Program-made: the position numbers and the translations under genes
Notes under the pieces: generated by a model
What the model was told of the DNA's origin: nothing
The model's input: the letters and a program-made list of their open reading frames with translations, nothing else
Database searches by the model: none
NCBI RefSeq assembly: GCF_003918875.1
Contig: NW_025765669.1
Coordinates: 3,410,001-3,474,000, forward strand
DNA length: 64,000 nt
Reading direction: 5' to 3'
DNA from: Haliotis rubra
Lineage: Eukaryota
Part shown: positions 27,201-38,597 of the stretch, piece by piece
Position numbering within the stretch: position 1 is the stretch's first letter
How the letters are laid out: each line of letters opens with the position of its first letter

Positions 27201-29305
27201 CCCACCAGGACCCTGTGCTCTGCGTCACCAGCAGTATCTGGACAAGGAACAAACCCTTCTGGGATCCTCTGAACCACTGTGCGAGACTGACGGTACTTAC
27301 AAGCCCAAGCAGTGCAAAGGAGCTGGGTAGGTGCCCCGCGACACATCCTCGATGTGCCAGGGTATTTTGAGGAGGTTTTTTATAGTGAGTGAGTGAGTAT
27401 GGTTTTACGCCGCTTTTAGCAATATTCCAGCAATATCACGGCCGGGGACACCAGAAACGGGCTTCACACATTGTACCCATGTGGTGAATCGCACCCGGTT
27501 CTTCAGCGTGACGAGCGGACGCTTTAACCACTTGGCTACCCCACCGCCAAAATTTTCTTATACATATGAGTTCTGTTGCATATTTCTGGTGAGCCTTTAA
27601 GACGTCGAGCTTCCGTGAAGTTCCGGGTTAAAATTGGTCTTCAGCAATCGATGCTTGTCGTAAGAGGCGACTGGCTCGCTGACTTGGTTGACACATAGTT
27701 GGGCTGGGACGGGTCCAAATTTTTTACCCGGGTTCCCTAACCGAATACCCGTTATGCTAATTCCTGACATCAAATTTGCAAGAAAAAAGCAACATATTCT
27801 TCTGCTCGGAGGCTAAAATTTCGAGTTTTCAATATCTTAACCATGTTTTATATTCCAGAGAAGTGACTGTAACTTATGTCTTTAGAAATCTTCAAAGACG
27901 ATACAACCTTTTAAATTTTTAATCATGAAAGAATAACATATTACATTGTTTAATGTATTAGTCGGTACCCGGGTCCAACTCATTACCCACCCGTCCCGGG
28001 TATCCGGGTTACCCGTCCCAGCCCTAACACATAGGTCATATTGTTCATCAATGGATTGCCTGGAGCTGACTCAAACATTCAAAGGCCCTGATATAGCTTC
28101 ACTGACAGAGGCGCAAAACAACATTTTTTACATACCTGGTTTCTGCAGATGCTACTGTGTCGATTCTGACGGTAACGACCTCGGCTACTTCACCAACTAC
28201 GGCGCTGGCACAGACAACATGGACTGCAGTAAGTACTGAACAACGTGTTCTCGAGTTAAAAAAACAACACTGTTTCGCTCACACACAGATAAATGGCCTT
28301 TGATTGGGTGACAAGTTAGGGACCGATCATGATTTATGACTGGGGGGAGCATTCACTTGTACATGTACTGCCTTACAAGGGTCCCTTTTCATCATTCACA
28401 AATCTCCCATGGCCAGCCGTATTGCATTGTGACACAGATGCACACTCATGGTTCTCTCTGCTAGATCCAAATAATTCTGATATCAATTTTTAACTAAAGT
28501 TGGGTATGGATAACAATCACTTTCTAAATTCGTCCTTTTTCGTGACTATTCCTGTTTACAAACCACTGAAGCATGCGCATAGGCCTAGACATTGGCAGAA
28601 TGTAGGGAACCCTTCATCATTTATGGCTAGGGAGGTGATGATGATTTTCTGGAGAAAAACGTACTCTCTCCAGACACCATCCTAGCCATAGATTATGAAC
28701 GGTCCCTAAACAAACAATACAAGATGGCTTAGCTTGTCTCCATCAGAAACACATCGATGCTGACAATGATCTGTCTGACCGTGCAATGGAATTCTTAATG
28801 CATGCATGCAAGGAAGTGTCACTGTTTTTCTACTGTTTTCGTCTATAATAATAATGAGTATTTATAAAGCGCTGAATCCATCCACAAGGTGCATGATCAA
28901 AGCGCATAAAATGAGAGAAAAGACACAGGTATAGTGGAATAATATATAGTATGAAATAAAAACTTATGAATGATAGCCTGAAATAAAGCCTATGAATAAT
29001 AGCAGGAGAAAATGTCTATGAATTAAAGTTCATGAACGATAGGGTGAATGATAGGTTTATTCTATGTAGGCGTTGTCCGTCGTACTCGTCCACATTATGG
29101 CCACTTTTTTTCAGCCTGTGCTCGGGACAAAGCCGCCTACTTGAAGACCGGACTTATTGGCAAGCTCTTCTTCTGCGACAACAAAGGCAGCTACAGCAAG
29201 AAACAGTGCACGGGTTCTGTCTGTTTCTGCGCCGATGTCAACGGCAAGATGCTGAGCAACGGCCAAACTGTCAACATCGGTGAAATGGACAAGCTCCAGT
29301 GTTAG
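24294..29305 (+). CDS. Secreted protein: 12-Cys IGFBP-N/FPI-1-like domain plus two thyroglobulin type-1 domains, gene Tg-B
   Basis: Exons 24294-24483 (signal peptide, then ..GGFCGCCPICVKQL), 25320-25439 (AGDACGPG..HECGKGLQCDPSSHTC..), 27209-27326, 28149-28228 and 29115-29305. Phases 1,1,2,1 are consistent. The last three exons are near-identical to Tg-A. Confidence 0.9.
24982..25223 (+). mobile_element. Retroposon family B (intronic)
   Basis: Full-length diverged copy. Confidence 0.85.
25545..25787 (+). mobile_element. Retroposon family B (intronic)
   Basis: Near full-length copy. Confidence 0.85.
26077..26459. mobile_element. hAT-type MITE
   Basis: TIR CAGTGTGCGAAATA/TATTTCGCACACTG; 8-bp TSD GGTGTACG/GGTGGACG. 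Confidence 0.85.
26812..26994. mobile_element. MITE with long inverted arms
   Basis: ATCACAGGCCCTCGT..TTGAGAGGATTAA and TTAATCCTCTCAA..ACGAGGGCCTGTGAT, with inner arms GAGATGACC/GGTCATCTC. Confidence 0.75.
27386..27548 (-). mobile_element. SINE family A (intronic)
   Basis: Full-length match. Confidence 0.88.
27699..28026. mobile_element. hAT-type MITE inserted at a family B copy
   Basis: TIR GGGCTGGGACGGGT/ACCCGTCCCAGCCC; 8-bp TSD ACACATAG. Confidence 0.85.
28317..28708. mobile_element. MITE
   Basis: Imperfect TIR TAGGGACCGATCAT..TATG / CATA..ATGAACGGTCCCTA. Confidence 0.65.
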
Positions 29306-29542
29306 GGGTGACCCTCATATGTTGTGTTTCTATGCGACATTGACCTCTTTATGCGATGAATAAATCGCATTGAATGATAACTGTTTGTTTTTTATGAGTT
29401 CTGTGTTTCGAGACATTCACGTAGCCGTGGTGAGGCGGTGGGGTAGAAATGGGCTTCACATATTGTACCCATGTTGGGAATCGAATCCGGGTCTTCAGCG
29501 TGACGAACGCTTTAACCGCTTTAATATTTTTATGCAAAACTG

Positions 29543-29672
29543 AGGGCAGTGGGGTAGCCTAGTGGTTAAAGCGTTCGCACGTCACGCCGAAGGCCTGGGT
29601 TCGATTCCCAACATGGGTACAATGTGTGAAGCCCATTTCTGGTGCCCCCCGCCGTGATGTTGCTGGAATATT
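29543..29672 (+). mobile_element. SINE family A, 3'-truncated, abutting a LINE fragment
   Basis: Head and body match. An inverted partial copy lies at ~29445-29520. Confidence 0.8.
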
Positions 29673-29689
29673 GAAAATACTCAAAACTA

Positions 29690-30400
29690 GCAAACATGTT
29701 GCAGCATGTTTTATCAAATAATACTTCTAATAACAAATGTCTTTCATGTATCAAAGACATAATGATAAAGGCGGGAACTAATGATGCACTTGTCAATAGA
29801 GATTGGATTAAATGTAAAGTCAAGAATAGCCTTATAGATCTTTTCATACAAAAATGGCATTCAGGTATTGAAGCAAAGTATAGATTTTATAAGATTGTAA
29901 AAACAACAAAATATTGATTTTTGTTTACATCACCTACCTGAAAAATATATATTCAATTTGTTACATTTTAAACTGTCAAATCATATCGTCTTCCTGTTGA
30001 AACTGGAAGATGGTTCAATATTGATTATAATTATAGAAAATGTACATTATGCACCTTAAATGTAATAGGAGATGAGTACGACTACCTTTTTAACTGTCAA
30101 TACTTTAACGAAATAAGAAAAAGGTTTATTCCTAAAAAGTTCATTACAAAGCCATCAATATTTAATATCATTATTTTATTCCAGGCAAAAAATGTATCCA
30201 CTTCAATAACACTGTCCATATTCTGCCGCCATGTGCTCTGTAAATTCAGATAAAAACTCCATTATTGTATTATTCATGTATATGATATCAATGCATGTAC
30301 TTAACCATGTATACTCCCGTATGCAATTATTATATATCTCTTTTAAAACCTCATCATGCTACATTGTAGCCTTGAGTGAATAAAGTAATCTATAATCTCT
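29690..30400 (+). mobile_element. LINE 3' end fragment, degenerate
   Basis: Reads ..LIDLFIQKWHS.., RLPVETGRW..RKCTLCTLNVIGDEYDYLFNC.., then AATAAA and a short-repeat tail. Confidence 0.75.
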
Positions 30401-30923
30401 AATCTCCCGGCCTGTAACCCCCACCCGTCCCAGCCCCAGAAGACACGGTGTCGCAACTTACGAGCGTCCCATATTTTGAACCCTTCAACGTTTCTCATGT
30501 ATATGTCATAGTGATGGATACCATCAACTGAATTATCAACGTTCGTTGTAAAGAAAACACTGGAAAATGAAGGAAAACGATCATATCAATAACATATTGA
30601 AATACCACAAATCCAGTGATTCGAACGTACCTTACCAGATTATTGACCGGATAAAGGTATCAGTCAGCTCTTATCTTGATTACCTCCCTTGAGATTCAGA
30701 TCACGTGTCCCACATTTTGACCGAGTGGTGTGATTCAGCGGTATTAGAAGTACCGGTCACTGTAGGCCACGTCGCCGCTGACGCAAGTTTACATCAGGTT
30801 ATAAAGTCTGTCCGAGGTTTCTACAGGTGTATGGTGTTGCCTGTTTCAATCTACTTACCCTGAGATCGTCTGATAATCACTCCCGGAACATCGCTTCGGT
30901 GTCGTCTGCTAACACAGAGAATC

Positions 30924-33900
30924 ATGACGGATCAAGGTTCAGGGTCCACCGCGCCCGATATGAACAGTGACGCCAAACCCAGGTATTTTTATCATAGACA
31001 GTACCCGTTTTTACCCGTTAAATGAGTAGAATGTCATATTTAAGTTCTTATATTGGGAACTCACAGATCAGTCATGCATGCAGTAATATGTTAGGACCCG
31101 TGAAGATCCGGGTTAGAATCTTCAGTAGCCCATACGTGTCGTAAGAGGCGACTCACGGGATTGGGTGGTCAGGCTCGCTGACTTGGTTGACACATGTCAT
31201 CGTACGAACGACGCTGATGTTTTGATCACTGGATTGTCTGTTCCAGACACTATTAAAAAGTATTATTTACAGACCGCCGCCATGATATAGATGGAATATT
31301 GCTGAGTGCGGCGTTAAACAACAAACCAAACGAAATCAGTTACATGATAGACTCCAATTGTAAGCACTGCAGATCAGCAATTTGTGCAGAACGCGATCTA
31401 TATTAGGAAAGTCTGGCAATTTTGTAATCTTTCAAACCAAGACAAAATAGATTTAATACACGAATGGTACAACAAACGCTAGCATCACCATATAAGTAAC
31501 TTTTACTGTGAATGTTAATAAAATTGCACCCATGTATTTTTGTATCATTTGAAAGGCTGACAAATGTTGTCTTCAAACAAACGACGAGAAACCGACCTGT
31601 TTTCCGTAGTTTGATGGAAGTGTACCATGAAATGTATTTATCATATATTCAAGCGAGAATAATGGGGAAACGTATCGTTTTCAATGTAAATTCACATGTA
31701 TTTTTGTATTTCACGAAACACCGAGAATGTATGAATAATGTTTGTAGTTTTTTAGTGCCTTTGAATAGCACTGGACCATCAGGGTTATCGCAAGTAGACA
31801 ATAGTGACAAAACAAATAACAGTTCGTTGTAACAAATGTTACCATAATGGCATTTTGTTCCTTATTTGGAATTCGGGTCCCAATGTTATGATAGTTTTCA
31901 TTCGTCATATAATTTGATAATACCGATCCCGAATATTTCCTCACAAATATTTCCTATGTCCTCGGGGAAGGTTCTATATTGTGCAAATTTCAGATCCAGG
32001 ATTGAGGAAAGAGATTTTTTAACTTATGAAGGGTCACCTGTGGCTGAGGGTTGCCTCCCTTAGCTACAAGGATCTGCCGGTGGTGGTTCGAATCCATGAT
32101 CAGCATCTGTTTTGATCGTTTACTAGTCAGCGCCTGAGAGTTGAAGGTGCAGCGTTCAACAAGAAACACAATGGTGCAATTCCAGTATCAGATGTCAGGG
32201 TTCCAACCCCAGATTCAAACAATTGATCCTTATTTTAATATCTCAGAAGCAATGGCTTGTGGGTTTTACTAAAGTTGTAACGACTGACTGAGTTTGGTTT
32301 TACGCCGCTTTTAGCAATATTCCAGCAACATCACGGCGGGGGGGACACCAGAAATGGGCTTCACACATTGTACCCATGTGGGGATTCGAACCGGGTCTTC
32401 GGCGTGACGAGCCAACGATTTAACCATTAGGCTACCCCACCGCCACCTAAAGTTGTAACGACTCAGATCTGTAGAACTGATATATATATGAACTAATGAA
32501 CACATTCACTCACCCACACACGGTGACACCTTAACAAGTACTAACCTGTGCACAATGTAAATACACAGTGCCGTATTTCCAGGCCCTTCCGGTCCAAGTA
32601 CCAGAATCTGATTGACATGGGATATAGTTTAACAGTCAACGAGGACGAATCTCTTGCTGTGGTGGAGGCCCCTGGACCTTCGTTTGAGTCATTTGATGTC
32701 TATGGTAAGATTAAAGGATGTTTGGTTTGTTTGACAATTAGTGGTGGTCCGATTAATTGAAATAATCGAAGATTGGTCGTAGTGACTAAACGACCAAGCA
32801 ATCGATCACAATTTCTCATAATCGAACACAACCAATTCTTGAACACTGGTTTTCATTAACAATATCTTTCACATGGTTGGTTTTGTCTGTTACATTTCGT
32901 AAGCACTACAAGCTCGTTTCAAGTCACGATTGAATTTATCTTAAAGATTCCAAGAAATTTATGTTCCTAACATACTAGTCATCCTTTAAAGATGTGAAAT
33001 TTTGCCAAAAAACCCCAAAAGAACTACTTGTTTTTTACCTTATTTTGTGTGTATTAACAAATTTCATAAATGATGCTAACCAATTATTTTCGATGATTGA
33101 TCGGTAGTAATGAACCAATCATCAATTATGAGATTTTAACCAATTCCCAACACTATTGACAATTCAGAACACCTTGTATAACTGCAAACAGTCGGAATGT
33201 AGTGGAAGGTGTAGAGGAAATGGTACTGCTTGTTTAGAGAATATTTCTATCATGTTCTTAAATCTTTGGCAAAATATGTTTTTCTAGTATGTTTATACAA
33301 GTAATTCACAAAATACTTGATACTGATTATTATTTGCGAATGTAATAAATGTGCATGCCTGATAGTATCTTAATATGTCTTTTCGGATAAAATTAAATGT
33401 GTTTCCCCTTTCCGGTCATAGTGTAGAGATTATGTTTATAAATTATATGAAATATTATAGGTGTCCCCTCTTCCAAATATTACTAGTAGCTGCGTACTCG
33501 GTCGAGTTTATAGTGGCAGGTCGCTAAGGTACCAGACCGCAGTTCAAAGTGATTACTCATGTTTAACGCCGCATTCAGCAATATTCCTATTATGAAAGAG
33601 TGAGGGAGTGAGTTTAGTTTTACGCCGCACTCAGCAATAGTCCACTTATATAGCGGCGGTCTGTTAATAATCGAGTCTGGACCAGACAATCCAGTGATCA
33701 ATAGCATGAGCATCGATCTGCGCAATTGGGAACCGATGACATGTGTCAACCAGGCCAGCGAGCCTGACCACCCGATCCCGTTAGTCGCCTCTTACGACAA
33801 GCATGGTTTACTGAAGATTCATTCTTACCTGGCCCTTTACGGATCTTCCTGTTATGAGACCGCGTTCTGTAAATAATCATGATCATAAGCATCGATCTGC

Positions 33901-35428
33901 TCAACTGGGATATAATAACATACATCAAATAAGTCAGCGACAGTTTCTCAGATTCTAAGCTGCATCTTCACGGTCCCTTAAGGCTTAATGGCGAGCGCAA
34001 CCAGGGTAACAAGTACCATATTTAAGTCTTTTCGTATGACGCGATCGCTGGGGATCGAACTACAGACTTTCCGCTCAGTGGGTACCACCACATAGGCACA
34101 GAGCGGGTTGTCCAATGTGGGAATATTGGGATAGAATAAATTTATTTTATCATGTGTCGTCGAACCTAGACGGTATCAATCGTTATTCATCCTTCAAGAT
34201 ACAGTCAAACACCGTCTGGTGGACGTTGAAGGGACCCATGTAATACTTTGAATTATCCAAGATTCGGCACAACCGCAAAATGTGGACTTAATTAGGAATA
34301 CGCCGGAACCAAGCTTTTACTTCGAAGCAACCTCACGTTCGACTCATCAAAGTTAAACGGTGTTTAACTGTTCTTACCTCCTCCCTGACTTAAGGTGTTG
34401 GGGTAGCCTAGTGGCTGAAGCGTTCACTCGTAACGAAGGTCCGGGTTCGATTCCCCATATGGGTACAATGTTTGAAGCCCATTTGTGATGTCCCCTGACG
34501 TGATGTTGCTGGAATATTGCTAAAAGCGGCGTAAAACCATACTCACTCACTCCTCCCTAACTTGATTACTTGCAGGCCGCTGTGATATTACAGAAATGTT
34601 GCAGCTCGGTAAATAATTTTCATTCACTGACTTATTCACTAAGGAAGTGTAATTGACAATGCAAGTATTCTATTTCGTCTTTCAGGGAACTGTAAGATCT
34701 GGAGCATCATGAGACTCATGGGTGCCTGTAGGTATTTTGCCTATCATTATCCCCTCGATAAGACAGGACACTCATTCATGGACTACGGCCAAATGACAGA
34801 TGGTATGTTTACATTCATGGCGTCCTCCCAGTTTGAAATTGAAAAGTCCATGTATGACCGTCATGTGTCAAAGTGGCCGGTGAAGGTCAAAGTACAGCTC
34901 GGATACATCGGGAAGTCTTCCACCAACTCAGTCAGCAGTTTAATTGTGCCATCAACAGGCGAGACATTGGTAAGAAATGTCAACCAGATCGTTGCCATTG
35001 ACAAAGAAACGCGGAAACCGACGCCATTCCCGTCATGGTGGAAGGAGAAACACGGCGAGAAGGCTGTCAGGAAGGAACCACTGATTGTCCAGAAGCTTTC
35101 CAAACCTGACAACGCCCACACCTACACCTTGCGTGTGTCGTGGAGCGAAACAGACATGTACAATCACGTCAACTGGGCGTCTTATGTGGTGTTCTCCATC
35201 GATGCCCTCCACCACGGGATCAAAGAGGGAGTGTTGAGAGGCATGAACAAGGAGGTGGTCAAGAATGGAATACAGAGGATGCAGATGGCTTACTTTGGTG
35301 AATGTGTGGAAGGGGATCAGTTGACTGTTTACTTCTGGGAGGTGGAGGACCAGCCTAGGACTGTGTATTTTGCCATAGAAAGAGATGGAACATCCGTCTT
35401 TCAAAACACATTAACATACCACCAGTAG
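30924..35428 (+). CDS. TE-1: double hotdog-fold, acyl-ACP-thioesterase-like protein
   Basis: Exons 30924-30982 (MTDQGSGSTAPDMNSDAKP, phase 2), 32583-32704 (..MGYSL..PGPSFESFDVY, phase 1) and 34686-35428 (743 nt). Motifs LGYIGKSS, VAIDKETRKPTPFP, SETDMYNHVNWASY and YFGECVEGD. TATAAA at 30800. Confidence 0.85.
31096..31330 (+). mobile_element. Retroposon family B (intronic)
   Basis: Full-length diverged copy. Confidence 0.85.
32286..32446 (-). mobile_element. SINE family A with TSD (intronic)
   Basis: CTAAAGTTGTAACGACT on both sides. Confidence 0.9.
32739..33155. mobile_element. hAT-type MITE in TE-1 intron 2
   Basis: TAGTG..CACTA termini; perfect 8-bp TSD TTGACAAT. Confidence 0.8.
33598..33845 (-). 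mobile_element. Retroposon family B (intronic)
   Basis: Full-length copy. Confidence 0.85.
34394..34552 (+). mobile_element. SINE family A (intronic)
   Basis: Diverged full-length copy. Confidence 0.85.
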
Positions 35429-35687
35429 GAACAATATTTGTTAATTTATCACCGTCTTTAGAAGTAGATGCTTCTCGTCATGATGATCACCGGTTACCCA
35501 GAACATACATATCTGTCTCCAGAGTAATTTTGCCATAGAAAGAGATGGAACATCCGTCTTTCAAAACACATTAACATACCACCAGTAGGAACAATATTTG
35601 TTAATTTATCACCGTCTTTAGAAGTAGATGCTTCTCGTCATGATGATCACCGGTTACCCAGAACATACTTTTCTGTCTTAAGAGTAA
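35368..35687 (+). repeat. 160-bp tandem duplication spanning the TE-1 stop codon and 3' UTR
   Basis: TGCCATAGAAAGAGATGG.. starts at both 35371 and 35531. Confidence 0.9.
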
Positions 35688-37466
35688 TATGCATTTGATG
35701 AATGAAAGATATTTTACTGTAGTATTATGAGATTCGCCCTACATGTGTCTTAATTTGTCAGCTTCTTACCAGTGCTGGTGGATTCACCAAAGCTTTACCG
35801 CTTTGTCTAAAACCAACATCACTTCCTTGTTTCGTTCGATGTTAAACTGTGACGCTGTAGTAGAACTTGACTACTGTTCGAAGCGGCGCTAAAAGGTACA
35901 GATGCTAAATCTCTGGCTTATATACCAAATTGAATGAACATGAACTCAAAATTACTCCTTCAACTTCGCAAAAAGCATTTGCCTCTCTCTTGTCAACATT
36001 CGTATGACCTGACTTATCCTGTAATTTTTGACAGGGCACGTCAACAGCCGTTTTGAAAGGCAGTCGTTTAATCGTATGCTATTTATTTTGTTATGTACCT
36101 AGGACCCTACCAAGAAGAAGGGTCCCTTGTTAAGAATGTAAATATGTAGTCATATTACAGCTTACTGTATAAAACACCGACATTGTAAAGTGTTTACTTC
36201 GTTGAATTCCGGAATTGTTACGAGTATATCTGCTTGAACTTCATATTTTCAGTTGTCAAGCTCTCAAGCTTCATTTTGCTCGTTCCATTGCTAAAAGGGC
36301 AACGAAAATATGCCGCATGTCACAAGGAACGTTTGCAATGTATACCAATACATTTGGTTTTTATTTTGTATGTGTAAGATTTTGCTTATTTCAAGGGGAT
36401 ATCAGGCACAGTGACTGATTGGGTATGATCTCAAACGGCACAGGGCGTTATCAATCACAGGGCTGCGTGGTACAGATTCGAATTTTGACACGCTACCGTG
36501 ATTATTTGCTTCCAAAAACCACAAGATTGGGTTAGGACTGGCTAATAAAAGAGTGGAAAGGAAAGGACAGGACGCCGTGATCTAAACCAAGTAATTATTT
36601 GCGTATCTGCTTCCAAAAAGCACAGTACTAGGTCACTGTGTACACAGCTGGCTGATAAGAGTGAACAGGAGTCGTGTTGCACTATTGCGCTGAATGACGT
36701 GTCACTGATTTGGTCTCGTCTATATATTTTTGTATATGTCACTGATTAAATAAACATACTGCAACGTTATCTTTGTTTTTGTTTGTTTGGGGCTTTTTTG
36801 TATAATTCTATTTATATTGTTGATTCATATGTAAGATGTGACTTCATATTATGGTTGCGTTGATGGAACTATAAACGTAAAAGGCAATGTGCACACTTTG
36901 GATACGAGGGTTCATGCTGTGTATACTTTGGGTCTTTTACGTTTATAGTGAGTGAGTATGGTTTTACGCCACTTTTAGCAATATTCAAGCAATATCCGTG
37001 AGGGGAACACCAGAAATGAGCTTTACACATGTACCCATGTGGGAAATCGGACTCGGATCCTCTGTGTGAGGATTGAACGCTTTAACCGCTGGAGCTACCT
37101 CCATAGTATAACAAATCAGAAACGTGTATGATAATCAAGGTGAGATGAGGGATAGTGTAAGACGACAATACACCATTTTTTTATGTAAAATTGAGGAATT
37201 TAAAATAGGATTTGTAATTTCAAATTGATATTTAAGCAGTGTTTGTTTTGAAGATGTTAGAGATTTTTTTAATAGAAACACATGCAGAACATATCAGTGA
37301 TTCGGTGAGCATCGTTTTACGCTGCGTTTTGCAACATTCCAGCAACATGACGGCGGGGGCACTAGAACTGGACTTAACACAATGTAGCCATGTAGGGAAT
37401 CGATGAGCGAACGCTTTAACTACTAGGCTACCCCCACCGTCTTAAAGTTCTTAGTTCCTAAGAAAG

Positions 37467-37818
37467 GTGAGGTGAGGTGAAATTGGGTTTAACGTCATGC
37501 TTGAGAATATTTCGCTCATATGACGACGTGCATGCGTGTGCATGTGCGGCTGCTTGTACTAGCCCAGACTTAAGCTGGTTTTATGGTGCTAGCCCACTGA
37601 GATACCATGCCGCAGTGAAGCATGAATACCCCTCTCAGACACATTGTACTGACTCCGAGCCGACCAGTCCTTGTTGTACCCATTAATGCCGAGCGCCAGG
37701 CAGGGACCAACAAGTACCATATTTTAACGTCTTTTTGGTGTGACGCGGGCGTTGATCGAACCAGCGACCTTCCGCTCTCCGGGCGGACGCTCTAACCACT
37801 ACACCATGGAGGCTGTCC
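37467..37818 (-). mobile_element. SINE family C with TSD
   Basis: 11-bp TSD TCCTAAGAAAG at 37456-37466 and 37819-37829. Confidence 0.9.
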
Positions 37819-38597
37819 TCCTAAGAAAGACACAATTGGCGCCATGAATTTGTACAACACTTACACATAAGGCTGGGTGGTCGCCGTCGAGGATGAAATC
37901 ATTGTATCGCCAAATGGTGACCATTCCACAAGCCATTGCATTCTACTGTAACAGTTCACTGCATCAATAGCATTCAGTCGGTGTTCGCCTAATATTTTAT
38001 TAAATGAAAACGCCTATTATGCTCCGATACGTTTCATATTGGGGATTGCAATATCCTGAAAGTTAATTGGTAAACATTTATTTTGAACAATGACAGTGGT
38101 AGCACCTGTTTGGGACGTTAATGTGTCCCGTTCTCAAGCCGCCAACTGGGCCATCAACACAATCCAGCAGATACCGCGGTTCCCCGGAATATTATTCCAT
38201 CTTTGGCATGGTATGTTTTTCTGGCAAAATAATACGATCTTGGAATTACCTTCAACCTATATATTCAACCCTTTGATTGGTACGGTAAGGACAGTTGGTT
38301 GACAATGCCTTGGCGGTCCCAACGGAAACCTTCTAGTTGTAGTTTAACAATGGGGTAAGTAGGCTCCACGGTGTGATGTCCGTTTTCACTTTAGATGGTG
38401 TAGCTGATGAAACTAAGACATTGTTACCATGTATTGTGTAATTGTTTAATGTCACACTGATTACCTTCACAATAACAGAGTTGTCATCAATGGTTTTTGG
38501 GGGAGTTGTATCAAAAAGGACTTGCAAAGCCCCCATTTAAACATTGGTCGTTATCGGTGTGAAGTACATGTGACGAAGTGATCAGTTGACGACCGGC

